Shown here in pieces: positions 10,258 to 18,800 of a stretch of DNA of 52,874 nt. A program made the position numbers and the translations under genes. Position 1 is the first letter of the stretch; each line of letters starts with the position of its first letter. Origin of the DNA: a virus (Duplodnaviria > Caudoviricetes); IMG/VR virus record IMGVR_UViG_3300023284_000636, positions 1 through 52,874 of that record, one strand, 5' to 3'. The notes under the pieces are model-generated. The model did not search any database and was not told where the DNA came from. It was given only the letters and a program-made list of their open reading frames with translations.

Positions 10258-10421
10258 TGGGCAAGGACAGGGATTTGACGAGAAGGAGAGTCTCATACGC
10301 CGACAAGCTCTCCATTGCGTATTCTGAGTCTTTTTTGTTACTCGTATAGTCACCCTGCATACCTGAGATTTTTTAGTCCCAAGCTCACAAGAAAGCGTCT
10401 ACCTATTCCGCCACCTTGCCC
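10258..10421 (-). tRNA. tRNA-Leu-like element with ~73-nt insertion in the T loop and a degenerate anticodon arm
   Basis: GGGCAAGG/CCTTGCCC acceptor; Leu-type D arm TGGCGGAATAGGTAGACGC; T arm GCAGGG-T[insert]TCAAAT-CCCTGT. Confidence 0.55.
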
Positions 10422-10538
10422 ATAAACTAAAAACAGGAAGTCTAAGTATCGTGCGCCTACTCAAGATAGAATCTGCTACGGCCTGTCGCACGCAATTCTG
10501 TCCAATCCCATCTTATAGACTACCCGTTTAAATTGAAA

Positions 10539-10649
10539 ATGCCCGACTTTGTTGGACACTCTCGGCCTTCGGTCGAAAGCTCCCTGGAAGAAGAAAAACC
10601 TCAAACCGAAAGCACCCAACAAAAACGGGCACTTTATATTTCCAGGGAA
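10539..10649 (-). ncRNA. Structured RNA motif, copy 2
   Basis: Same actctcggcYttcggtc and ccgaaagcacccaaca cores as copy 1; loop tccctggaa complementary to ttccaggga. Confidence 0.6.
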
Positions 10650-10673
10650 TTTTCTAATTTTAACTACATCCAT

Positions 10674-10702
10674 AATATAAAAATATTCGATTAAAATGTC
10701 AA
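10674..10702 (-). promoter_or_regulatory. Sigma70-like promoter TTGACA-17-TATATT
   Basis: Near-consensus -35/-10. Confidence 0.65.
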
Positions 10703-11112
10703 GAGAATTTACACGGATGTTTTTTGTGCTCAAAAAAATATTTATTCGCTTTCTTGAATTTTCCATTTACCCAAAAACCCCACTTCCTTTTTTGGGGACC
10801 TGTTAAGAGCAAAGTCCAGACAGGACCGCCAGCACTCACACTCACAAAATGTTTATGTTCTGCTTTTCTGAAAACAATATCACCAGCTACTAAAATTTCA
10901 CCTTTGCTTTGCTCTGTATTTGTTATGTCTGCATACCAGCCCTTTAAGACAAATATGATAAAATTCCATGGATGATCATGCAAGTGCCTATCATCATCTG
11001 AAGCTGTCCATTTATGCAATCGAATTGCGAACAACCCAAAATTAATTACCCAACGTCTCATATACGGACATTCTTGCCGCCCTAAATATTCACCCCATCG
11101 TATAAAATTCAT
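10699..11112 (-). CDS. Cupin-fold phage protein
   Basis: PYMRRW..RLHKW..SDDDRHLHDHPWNF..HKH..WTLLLTGP..WGF pattern. Confidence 0.75.
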   Translation of the reverse strand: MNFIRWGEYLGRQECPYMRRWVINFGLFAIRLHKWTASDDDRHLHDHPWNFIIFVLKGWYADITNTEQSKGEILVAGDIVFRKAEHKHFVSVSAGGPVWTLLLTGPQKRKWGFWVNGKFKKANKYFFEHKKHPCKFS

Positions 11113-11114
11113 AG

Positions 11115-11189
11115 TACGGGCGGCGGGATTCGAACCACGCGATCTCTGCTATGTAAAACAGCGCTCTTGACCAACTGAGCTACACCCGT
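11115..11189 (-). tRNA. tRNA-Val(TAC)-like, irregular anticodon arm and bulged T stem
   Basis: ACGGGTG/CGCCCGT acceptor, GCTC/GAGC D stem, CTGTT-TTACAT-AGCAG arm, GGTTCGAATCC. Confidence 0.7.
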
Positions 11190-11201
11190 GTAGTTTTTTT
11201 G

Positions 11202-11299
11202 TAGCGGTGACGGGATTCGAACCCGCAAGGCCACCAAAATGATTTAAAACAAATCAGGAGTTTTAAATCTGGTAGGTCTGCCGATTGCCTCACACCGCC
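11202..11299 (-). tRNA. tRNA-Leu(TAA) with 22-nt insertion 3' of the anticodon
   Basis: GGCGGTG/CACCGCT acceptor, CCAGA/TTTGG anticodon stem, TT-TAA-A, GCGGG-TTCGAAT-CCCGT; insert at about 11240-11261. Confidence 0.75.
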
Positions 11300-11309
11300 G
11301 ATTCATTTT

Positions 11310-11540
11310 TTAGGTTGATACCGGATCGCCCTGTCCGGCGAGTCGTTTTAAATCTGCGATTCTATAACATTTCCTTAGCCGACCATTGAATGCGGTTTTA
11401 AAACTTTTAATTACATTTCTTTTTTCCCAGCTTATTAACGTAACTTTACATATTTTCAGTATTTCAAGCGCACCATCCATGTCAGTGATCTCTATATTAT
11501 CGTCGCCGTTTTCCCAGTTTTTTATACTAAACTCACTCAT
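11310..11540 (-). CDS. MerR/excisionase-like HTH DNA-binding protein
   Basis: ALEILKICKVTLISWEKRNVI...RKCYRIADL pattern; first gene of leftward operon. Confidence 0.6.
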   Translation of the reverse strand: MSEFSIKNWENGDDNIEITDMDGALEILKICKVTLISWEKRNVIKSFKTAFNGRLRKCYRIADLKRLAGQGDPVST

Positions 11541-11549
11541 AATGAACTG

Positions 11550-11614
11550 AATATAAAACATTCTTTTCAAAAAAGCAAACTTTTTCTTGACTTTCTTAAA
11601 AATTATATTATCTT
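11550..11614. promoter_or_regulatory. Divergent sigma70-like promoter pair
   Basis: Minus: TTGCTT-17-TATATT (11578-11550); plus: TTGACT-16-TATCTT (11587-11614); at the strand switch. Confidence 0.6.
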
Positions 11615-11624
11615 AAATATTGTC

Positions 11625-12140
11625 ATGAAGAAAATAAAACTTACAAATTCTTCTATAATGGCATTGGTTGATGATTCAGATTTTGATTGTATTAATAATT
11701 TTTATGAATGGAGATTAACTTCACACGGATATGTTTTTTCTTGGCTGGGTAAAGAAAAAAAAGATTTAGGAATGCACGATCTTATTATGTCCACAGCTAG
11801 CGGTTTTATCATCGATCATAAAAACCATATAACTCATGATAATCAAAGAAAAAATCTAAGAATTTGTACTAAACAACAAAATTTATTTAATCGGAAAATA
11901 AATAAACATAGATTTTTTTCTAAATATAAAGGTGTTGTGGCTGGATATAGCAAAAAATTTAGAACACAAATCGGAGTAAATAAAAAAGTAATTTATATCG
12001 GTGAATTTGAAACAGAATTTGAGGCCGCTCTTGCTTATGATGATGCAGCATTGAAATATTATGGAGAGTTTGCCTATTTAAACTATCCAGAACAAGACTA
12101 TATTTTTGAAGTCAACGATGATTTTTTAAGAAGTTACTAA
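11625..12140 (+). CDS. HNH-AP2 homing endonuclease
   Basis: ALVDDSDF..IDHKNH..DNQRKNLRICT..N; SKYKGV..YIGEF..EAALAYDDAA..YGEFAYLN. Confidence 0.9.
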   Translation: MKKIKLTNSSIMALVDDSDFDCINNFYEWRLTSHGYVFSWLGKEKKDLGMHDLIMSTASGFIIDHKNHITHDNQRKNLRICTKQQNLFNRKINKHRFFSKYKGVVAGYSKKFRTQIGVNKKVIYIGEFETEFEAALAYDDAALKYYGEFAYLNYPEQDYIFEVNDDFLRSY

Positions 12141-12160
12141 AAAGCTGAGTAACAAATCCA

Positions 12161-12601
12161 ATGAAAAGAAAATCCTTACACATGGAAACGACCTCGATTT
12201 CTGTTATTAAGACTTGTGCAGAAATTGAAAGTGTTCTTATTAAACATAATGTAACTGCGATCATGAAAACTATTGATAACGGAAACGTTTCTGGAATGCA
12301 ATTTGTTTATAATGAGAACGGACAATCCATCCCAATTAAAATTCCCTTCCGCTGGCAATCAATTCAAAAGTTGGCTCAATCTGGTAAGACTGGTTATAAT
12401 AAAACCGCTGATGAGGCGCAAGCAAAGAGAGTGGCAGCAAGATTAGAATTGCGGTGGATTCAATCCATGCTTGCAAAAGTTGAGGTTGGCATGGCCGATA
12501 TGATCGAAATATTTATGCCTTACATAATGGTAAATGATGGCCAGTCGTTTTATGAAAAACTATCAAGTGAAAACTTTAAAGGACTTTTAACAAGTGGGTA
12601 A
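12161..12601 (+). CDS. Phage hypothetical protein
   Basis: QAKRVAARLELRWI..IFMPYI pattern seen in phage early regions. Confidence 0.65.
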   Translation: MKRKSLHMETTSISVIKTCAEIESVLIKHNVTAIMKTIDNGNVSGMQFVYNENGQSIPIKIPFRWQSIQKLAQSGKTGYNKTADEAQAKRVAARLELRWIQSMLAKVEVGMADMIEIFMPYIMVNDGQSFYEKLSSENFKGLLTSG

Positions 12602-12610
12602 AAAAACAAA

Positions 12611-12694
12611 ATCCCCCGACTTGGTCTGTTCTCCCTTCCCGGTTCATGTTACTCAGCAGTTCCATGCGATCGGAGTCGGGGATATTTTTTATTT
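12611..12694 (+). terminator. Long hairpin followed by T-tract
   Basis: ccccgactt-ggtc / gatc-ggagtcgggg stem, then tttttattt. Confidence 0.55.
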
Positions 12695-12708
12695 GATTAG
12701 GAGAAAAC

Positions 12709-12933
12709 ATGAATAATATGCCGAGATTTATTAAATTACACGATAGGAATGAACACCAATTTATTAGTGATTTGTATATTCAAGTTGATTCTATTGAACG
12801 TTTTTATCATTTAGAAGAAGAAGGTAAACACCGTAATGTTGTTCATATTAAAAATTCTTTAGATGTTCACCATGTTAACGAAACTCCATCAGAAATTAAA
12901 GAATTAATATTAAAAGTAATTCAAGCCTATTAA
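12709..12933 (+). CDS. Small hypothetical protein (FlbD-like pattern)
   Basis: FIKL..IQVDSIERF..VNETPSEIKELI. Confidence 0.55.
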   Translation: MNNMPRFIKLHDRNEHQFISDLYIQVDSIERFYHLEEEGKHRNVVHIKNSLDVHHVNETPSEIKELILKVIQAY

Positions 12934-12957
12934 ATATAAAAAGATAGGAGGTAACTC

Positions 12958-13821
12958 ATGACAAAAGACAAAAACCAAGAAGTCGCGGTCGTCGATAAGA
13001 AGACCCCGTCCAGAAGCAAAAAGACACAGCCGACGAAACCAGTGACTATGGAGCAGGTTTTATATCATGCTATCGACATGAATACCGATCCTAACGCCCT
13101 TGAGAAGTTGTTCGAACTTTATGAGCGAGATGAAGCAAGAAAAGCCGAAAAGGCATTTAATGTTGCAATGGCTGCGTTCCGGGCTGAGTGTCCTATCGTA
13201 CAGAAAAAAACGGAAGGTGCCCAAAATCAAGCAAAGACCGAGATTCTCTGGAAATATGCAGACCTCTCAGACATAGAACTCGCGATCAAGCCTCACCTAG
13301 CCAGGAACGGTCTATCTTATACCTGGGACTCCCGAGACATAACCCGCGGGGAGAAACCAGGAAAAGAGACAATTTGCTGGGTCTCTCATATCTTAGGTCA
13401 CAAGTCTTCCGGAACTTTTACCTCATCTATCGATGCCGGTACTAGTGCGATGAACGCAATTCAAAAAGAGGGATCAACGGTCGAATATGGTCGACGTTGG
13501 AGTCTCAAGCTTGCCCTAGGAATCGTGGTTGCAGGTGAAGATGATGACGCCATCTCCGCCATGGTCAAGAAAAATGGCAAAACAGTCGAGACGATCACGA
13601 ATGCCCAAACAAAGCTACTCGAAAAACAGATCGGCACCGCTGACGAAACACTCTATAAAGCAATCTTGACGGAATATAATGTCACCGAGCTCTACAAAAT
13701 CCCGGCCGACAAACTTGCAGACTGCAAGGAACGGATCGCTAATTACAAACGAGCCAAGACGGAACGCCAGAAGACCAAAGCCGCTAAGGACAATCAGACT
13801 AACATGGAGATCGCAACATGA
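12958..13821 (+). CDS. ERF-family single-strand annealing protein
   Basis: KYADLSDI..L..NGLSY..H..GH..IQKEGSTVEYGRRWSLKLALGI..EDDDA. Confidence 0.85.
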   Translation: MTKDKNQEVAVVDKKTPSRSKKTQPTKPVTMEQVLYHAIDMNTDPNALEKLFELYERDEARKAEKAFNVAMAAFRAECPIVQKKTEGAQNQAKTEILWKYADLSDIELAIKPHLARNGLSYTWDSRDITRGEKPGKETICWVSHILGHKSSGTFTSSIDAGTSAMNAIQKEGSTVEYGRRWSLKLALGIVVAGEDDDAISAMVKKNGKTVETITNAQTKLLEKQIGTADETLYKAILTEYNVTELYKIPADKLADCKERIANYKRAKTERQKTKAAKDNQTNMEIAT

Positions 13822-14045
13822 GTTTTCAACAACACCTTGACGAAGATGTGGAACACGCCATTATTCAGTTGTGTGATGCTTTGTGTCAATGGGAACGGGG
13901 CACTGGTAGGGAGTCTGTTTTGATTGTTAGGGAGCCCGGATTTGCATTTCGTGCGTTGTCTGGCAAACCCATTCCTGATAGTTGTGATGATCTTGATGAC
14001 ACACACTTTTTGAAAAATATTGATGCACAGGAGCAGGGAGAATGA
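13818..14045 (+). CDS. Hypothetical protein
   Basis: ATGA-coupled on both sides. Confidence 0.6.
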   Translation: MSFQQHLDEDVEHAIIQLCDALCQWERGTGRESVLIVREPGFAFRALSGKPIPDSCDDLDDTHFLKNIDAQEQGE

Positions 14046-14704
14046 AGCTCGAGCAAACCTTCTACAAAAAGCCGATCTTCTATGATATGGAACAGCAAAG
14101 CCCGGAGTGGTTCCTAGAACACATTGGCCTAATCACGGCATCAAAAATGGCACTAGTCAAATCGTCTGACACTGGCCGCAAGAAATATATGCTGCAGCTG
14201 ATAGGCGAACGATTGAGTGGCCTCCCAAAAAGAGAGAGATGGACTGGTGGTAAAAGTACAGATTATGGAAATGAATATGAAGGGCAAGCCCTGGCTTGCC
14301 ATGAACTCGAACAGGGTCTCTCGATCAAGCGCGTCGGGTTTATTAAGTTTTCCCCGGATTTGGGATTCAGTCCTGATGGACTGATTGACGATGATGGCAT
14401 GGTCGAGGCGAAATCCAGATATCCTCACACTCAACTTGCGACTATACTCAGCGGACAAATGCCGCCTCAAGATAGATGGCAAGTTCAGTTCAGCCTTTGG
14501 GGTCTCGGTCTCAACTGGTGCGATTATGTGAGCTTTTGTCCTGACATTAAGACAAGCGCAAGGTATTGGTATAAAAAAATCCCTCGGGATCCCATTACCA
14601 TAACTACGATCCGGAATGAGGTTACCAGGTTTCTGAACGAGATGACGTCACTCGAGGCCTCTTTAAATGGGAGTGCAATCGCCTCCCGGGAGCTGTTGAA
14701 ATGA
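14042..14704 (+). CDS. YqaJ/lambda-exonuclease-like protein
   Basis: EQQSPEW..G.ITAS..GNEYE..FSPDGL..EAK..QVQ..CDYVSF. Confidence 0.88.
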   Translation: MKLEQTFYKKPIFYDMEQQSPEWFLEHIGLITASKMALVKSSDTGRKKYMLQLIGERLSGLPKRERWTGGKSTDYGNEYEGQALACHELEQGLSIKRVGFIKFSPDLGFSPDGLIDDDGMVEAKSRYPHTQLATILSGQMPPQDRWQVQFSLWGLGLNWCDYVSFCPDIKTSARYWYKKIPRDPITITTIRNEVTRFLNEMTSLEASLNGSAIASRELLK

Positions 14705-15012
14705 TAGGACATATAAATATTGATGTAGATAGGGTTAAATGGGAGAAGATTAGGAAGCTTGTGGCGATAGAACATGAACATAGCGACGGAATGAACGAAT
14801 GTTCTATTTGTGATATGCCAATGGTTGATTCCATTATCGATCATATGTCTATAGATGCTTGTTTGATTGTTAAATATTATGAGGCATTAGTTCAAGCTGT
14901 TAAGGTAATTAAGGCGTGGCATGGCGATGAAATGTTTGACATTTATTATAAAAAATCGCCAGAAATGGAACTGATTCAGAATGCATTCGATTTTTCTAAT
15001 GTCAAAAATTAA
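14701..15012 (+). CDS. Hypothetical protein
   Basis: Coupled ORF. Confidence 0.55.
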   Translation: MIGHINIDVDRVKWEKIRKLVAIEHEHSDGMNECSICDMPMVDSIIDHMSIDACLIVKYYEALVQAVKVIKAWHGDEMFDIYYKKSPEMELIQNAFDFSNVKN

Positions 15013-15054
15013 CGTCATAGTCAGACTCGACTGGCTCATGAAGGCCAATTAGAT

Positions 15055-15477
15055 ATGATAAAACGCGGCATTGCTGTTTTAATTAAAAATGGACGAATAG
15101 AAAACTGGCAAGAAGTGAGCGGTTACATTGCTTATAAAAAAGATGGGTGGCAATTCCTCACTATAAAAAAACCGCAAACCGAAATAACCATTCAGCAGCA
15201 CAGATATTATCGCTCCATTGTTTTACAGTCCTGCCAGAAAGCTATTCACGAGTCTGGCGTTGGCATGTTTCCGATTGATGAAATTCACGACGAATTAAAA
15301 AAACGCTATGGAGTCAAAAAATTTGTTTTGGGAGGGAAATCGGAAGTAATAAAATCAATGGCGAACTATGATAAAAATGATTATTCGGTTTATTTAGAAA
15401 AAATACGTGCATGGTTGTATGATAAATTTGAGGTTGTTTTACCAAATCCAAATGAGTATGATTTAGAAAATGCTTGA
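15055..15477 (+). CDS. NinB-like protein
   Basis: QQHRYY..DEIHDELK..S..YLEKIRAW..LPNP pattern, in recombination module. Confidence 0.6.
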   Translation: MIKRGIAVLIKNGRIENWQEVSGYIAYKKDGWQFLTIKKPQTEITIQQHRYYRSIVLQSCQKAIHESGVGMFPIDEIHDELKKRYGVKKFVLGGKSEVIKSMANYDKNDYSVYLEKIRAWLYDKFEVVLPNPNEYDLENA

Positions 15478-15498
15478 AGGAGTTCTAGTAAATTGGCA

Positions 15499-16315
15499 AA
15501 GGAGAAAGAAACCAAATGAGTGAACCAAGAGTTTTTAAAAGTTTCAACATTCATAAGGCTTACGAAAAACTGTTATGCGAAAGGCGCGACCTTCAAGTTG
15601 AAAACAAAGCCCTCAAAGAAAGGGTAGAATTTGAAGGAAATGTGAATAAACGTCTATTTGTCAAAAACGAAGTCCTCCAAGAAAGCAATAATGAACTTCT
15701 TAATCTGTTGCCCGATTCGGCTACTGACGATGATTGGGACTGGTGCTGGAATGAACTTTTTGATAATAGCCAACAAGCTGTAAAATTGGGTCGGCAAAAA
15801 GCCGAAGCTCTAAAGGAGAAAGAAAGCAATGGGTGAACTAAGCATACTTGAGAAACTGAAGAGTTTTATTGCGGGGATTGCCTTTAAATTGTTTCTTTGG
15901 GGCAACGAAACGACTCAAGAAGTTTATTGGAATTTAATATATGAGCAGGAAGCCTTGTTAAAGGAGAAAGAAAGCAAATGAAAACTACAACTTGCAATAA
16001 TTGCGGAACAACTTCAAACACATTAACCCCGGGAAATGGTTGTCATGCTTGTTTGGCTGGTTGGATGGAGGAGAAAGAAACCAAATGAATTCAATGTATG
16101 GACTCGAAAGAGAAAATGCAGAGCTTAAAAAGCTTAGGGAATATCAGACTTCAATTATAATTGATTTGAACTCAGAAAACAAAGCTCTCAAAGAAAGCAG
16201 GGATGAATTATTGAGTGCTCTAAGAGTCGCAGCACAAGAAGATGATGGATATGTATTTAATGACACCATCAAAAGAGCTAAGTCCATAAAGGATAAAGAA
16301 AGCAATCACCCTTAA
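15499..16315 (+). repeat. Array of four small ORFs (15516-15836, 15829-15981, 15978-16088, 16085-16315) bounded by five copies of the junction repeat
   Basis: AGGA(G/T)AAAGAAA(G/C)CAA(A)T at 15499, 15813, 15961, 16069, 16289. Confidence 0.85.
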
Positions 16316-16330
16316 CCAAAGGAGGCAAAA

Positions 16331-16939
16331 ATGCCAAACAAAACACTTGATCTCACAAAGATCAAACTCGGCAAGAGCGTTGTTTTACTCACATATTTGG
16401 ACTTCGTTATTGCTGGCGATGATATCTATGAAAAGGAAGTGACTGAGAAATGCAAGGCGCCGCCGACGGCCGACTTCAAGGCAGCGATCAGGAAGATAAA
16501 AGACTATGTTTACAAACTGCATCCCCTCGAAGCGAAGAAGGTTGAATCTCTCGATGTCACCCAGATCATAATCAAACCAGAGGACGACGGCATGGGGATC
16601 ACCCTCTCGGTGACCGTCCAGTTTAAGGATGTCAGTCGACCATCTAATTTTAACACGCCTTACGCATCGACTCTGGATAACTCGAATCCACTCCCGGATG
16701 CTGTAGTAGAAATCATCGATGTCATAAAAGACCAGGCGAAGCAATATAGCGAAGGCCGCTATGAGCAGGCGAGTTTGGAATTGGACAACATCAAGAATCC
16801 TAACGAGGAAACGAAGACGGAGAATGCAAACGACGCCCCAGAGAAACAGAAACGCGGTCGATCTACCAACTCCATGAAGAAAGCTCGTGAGGAAGCTGAG
16901 CAAGCTGAGGCTGAGGAAGCAGAAACAGCTGAAGCCTAA
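16331..16939 (+). CDS. Hypothetical protein with acidic C-terminus
   Basis: AAGGAGG RBS; SNFNTP motif. Confidence 0.7.
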   Translation: MPNKTLDLTKIKLGKSVVLLTYLDFVIAGDDIYEKEVTEKCKAPPTADFKAAIRKIKDYVYKLHPLEAKKVESLDVTQIIIKPEDDGMGITLSVTVQFKDVSRPSNFNTPYASTLDNSNPLPDAVVEIIDVIKDQAKQYSEGRYEQASLELDNIKNPNEETKTENANDAPEKQKRGRSTNSMKKAREEAEQAEAEEAETAEA

Positions 16940-17123
16940 ATAAAATTAAAATATAAGGAGGATTTATTATGGGAACTTCAGTATCGGAAGGTAAATACAG
17001 ATCATTTGAATTAGCATCTGCAATACGCGCAAATTCTAATTGTAGAGTTGAACCTTTGATCGAAGATGCCAAAGTTATTTATCAATATATTTTTGAAAAT
17101 ACCAAAGAACCGGATCAAAATAA

Positions 17124-17612
17124 ATGAATGATCTCGACAAAGCATTGGACGAAGTCTTCAGTCTCTGGATCCGTTGCAGGGGCTCATGGCAATGTATGAC
17201 GTGTCCGAATACTTTCAATCCACCGAAAACGATGCGAGAATTTCCAAGTCCATCGAGTGGAAATTCTGTCAAGTTGCATTGTTCACATTTTTGGGGTAAA
17301 GGATCAAGTGGATTCTGGACGAGGTGGGATGATCGCTGTGCAGAGTCTCTCTGTTTTCTATGTCATCAAATTTGGGAGAAAATGAAGGCTCCGGGTCAAT
17401 CGTATTATGAATATAAGAAGAAGGATCTCGGTGATCATCTCTTTGAATATATGGATTGGCTCTCGAAGCGTATAGATCCCATGCACGCCCAAGTCAAGGA
17501 GTTTAGGCTGTTTGAGCTAATCTCTAACATAGGATCCCGGGGTTATCCGATTGACTGGCTGTTTACAAGGTATGGCTATTTAATAAAAGGACTACCAGGA
17601 GGAACAAAATGA
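17124..17612 (+). CDS. NinG-like nuclease
   Basis: LDEVFSLWIR..CMTC..LHCSHF..TRWD..LC..CH. Confidence 0.75.
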   Translation: MNDLDKALDEVFSLWIRCRGSWQCMTCPNTFNPPKTMREFPSPSSGNSVKLHCSHFWGKGSSGFWTRWDDRCAESLCFLCHQIWEKMKAPGQSYYEYKKKDLGDHLFEYMDWLSKRIDPMHAQVKEFRLFELISNIGSRGYPIDWLFTRYGYLIKGLPGGTK

Positions 17613-17823
17613 CACCACAACCGACACCTTTCGAGCTGGTCGTCGAAGCATTACTCGATGATGGCCACGATATACACTTCAAAAAGGAGGATGGGACGAT
17701 CTTCATGAAGCTGAACAGTGAGGAGATTGTCGCTGTCAGCGGCGTGACCCTTGAACAGATCGGACAGTTGGCGATCAGTTCAGCGTTATCTCTTGGGTTC
17801 AAACGAATAGACGGGGGAACATA

Positions 17824-18291
17824 GTGAGACGCGTCCTGGCTCTCGACCTGGGAACAAAATGTGGATTTGCAACCAATGCCATTGCTGTCAATAATAGCGG
17901 AACTAAAATCTTTGACGGCGAGATTTCCGGATGGCGTTATCTTGCATTCAAGCAATGGCTTGACGTGGAACTCGAGAGACTCAGAATCGATCATATCATA
18001 TATGAGGAGACCTTCAGTAAGGGTGCTTATGCTGCACGCGTGCTTCATGGATTTCTGGCTATACTACAATTCACTCACGCCCAAAGATACCCGTACGAGC
18101 ACACCAGAATCACGATATCCAAAGTCTATGCCTCCAGTTTAAAGAAGTTCGCGACTGGAAACGGTAGAGCCACAAAGGACGATATGATTCAAGAATATAT
18201 AAAACGCTTTTCATACGCGCCAGTCGACGACAATGAGGGTGATGCACTGTGGCTGTTGGAATATTCAAAACAGAACGGAAGGACAGAATGA
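17824..18291 (+). CDS. RuvC-like Holliday junction resolvase
   Basis: VLALDLGTKCGFA..IIYEE..LKKFATGNGRATKDDM..DDNEGDAL. Confidence 0.85.
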   Translation: MRRVLALDLGTKCGFATNAIAVNNSGTKIFDGEISGWRYLAFKQWLDVELERLRIDHIIYEETFSKGAYAARVLHGFLAILQFTHAQRYPYEHTRITISKVYASSLKKFATGNGRATKDDMIQEYIKRFSYAPVDDNEGDALWLLEYSKQNGRTE

Positions 18292-18566
18292 TCAAGACGA
18301 CACTAACGGTTAGGTGTGTACTGGGACACGAGCAGGAAATTGAAGACGACGACGGGGCGATCAGGCTCCAAGGATACACACGCTGTAGTGAGTCCGGATG
18401 CAAGCGGAACGCCTTTACTGTAAACGTGAGAACGGAAGATGATGGACAGCAGGATCTTAAGGCCTGGCGTGTAAAGATTCCAGATAAGACAATCGATGAT
18501 ATGAAACATCTGGATGCCCCAGCTGTCTGTCCTCACTGTGGAGAATCTCTCGAATAAGGAGGTAAT

Positions 18567-18800
18567 ATGAGTAAACCAGCATTTCCTCAGAGCGTCTCTG
18601 ATATTTCCATTGTGCCAAATGATTGTGAAGGCATGTCTCTGCTTGAATACTATGCAGGACAAGCATTAAATGGATTATGGGCTTCTTGTGCACATGAAAA
18701 ATCTGATTGTCCGACACACTGTGATTTTGATATTTTTGCAAAAGCTTGTTTCGATCAAGCCGAAGCTATGATAAAAGAAGCAGAAAAAAGGAGCATATAA
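18567..18800 (+). CDS. Small phage protein (PAFP...GMSLLEYYAGQAL type)
   Basis: Recognisable recurrent phage motif; strong RBS. Confidence 0.7.
   Translation: MSKPAFPQSVSDISIVPNDCEGMSLLEYYAGQALNGLWASCAHEKSDCPTHCDFDIFAKACFDQAEAMIKEAEKRSI

Noticed and set aside
9751-10766. ORFs 9751-9948 and 10476-10766
   Set aside because: They overlie the promoters and repeated RNA motifs; their shared residues reflect the RNA repeat
11115-11299. tRNA genes as a prophage attachment site or host boundary
   Set aside because: Phage-type genes lie on both sides, no integrase and no duplicated tRNA 3' end seen
16001-16084. TTG start of ORF 16001-16315
   Set aside because: The better start is ATG 16085 within the junction repeat; the upstream part overlaps ORF 15978-16088
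15499-16307. CRISPR array
   Set aside because: Repeats are ~20 nt and non-palindromic, spacing is about 110-310 nt, and the intervening DNA is coding; no cas genes
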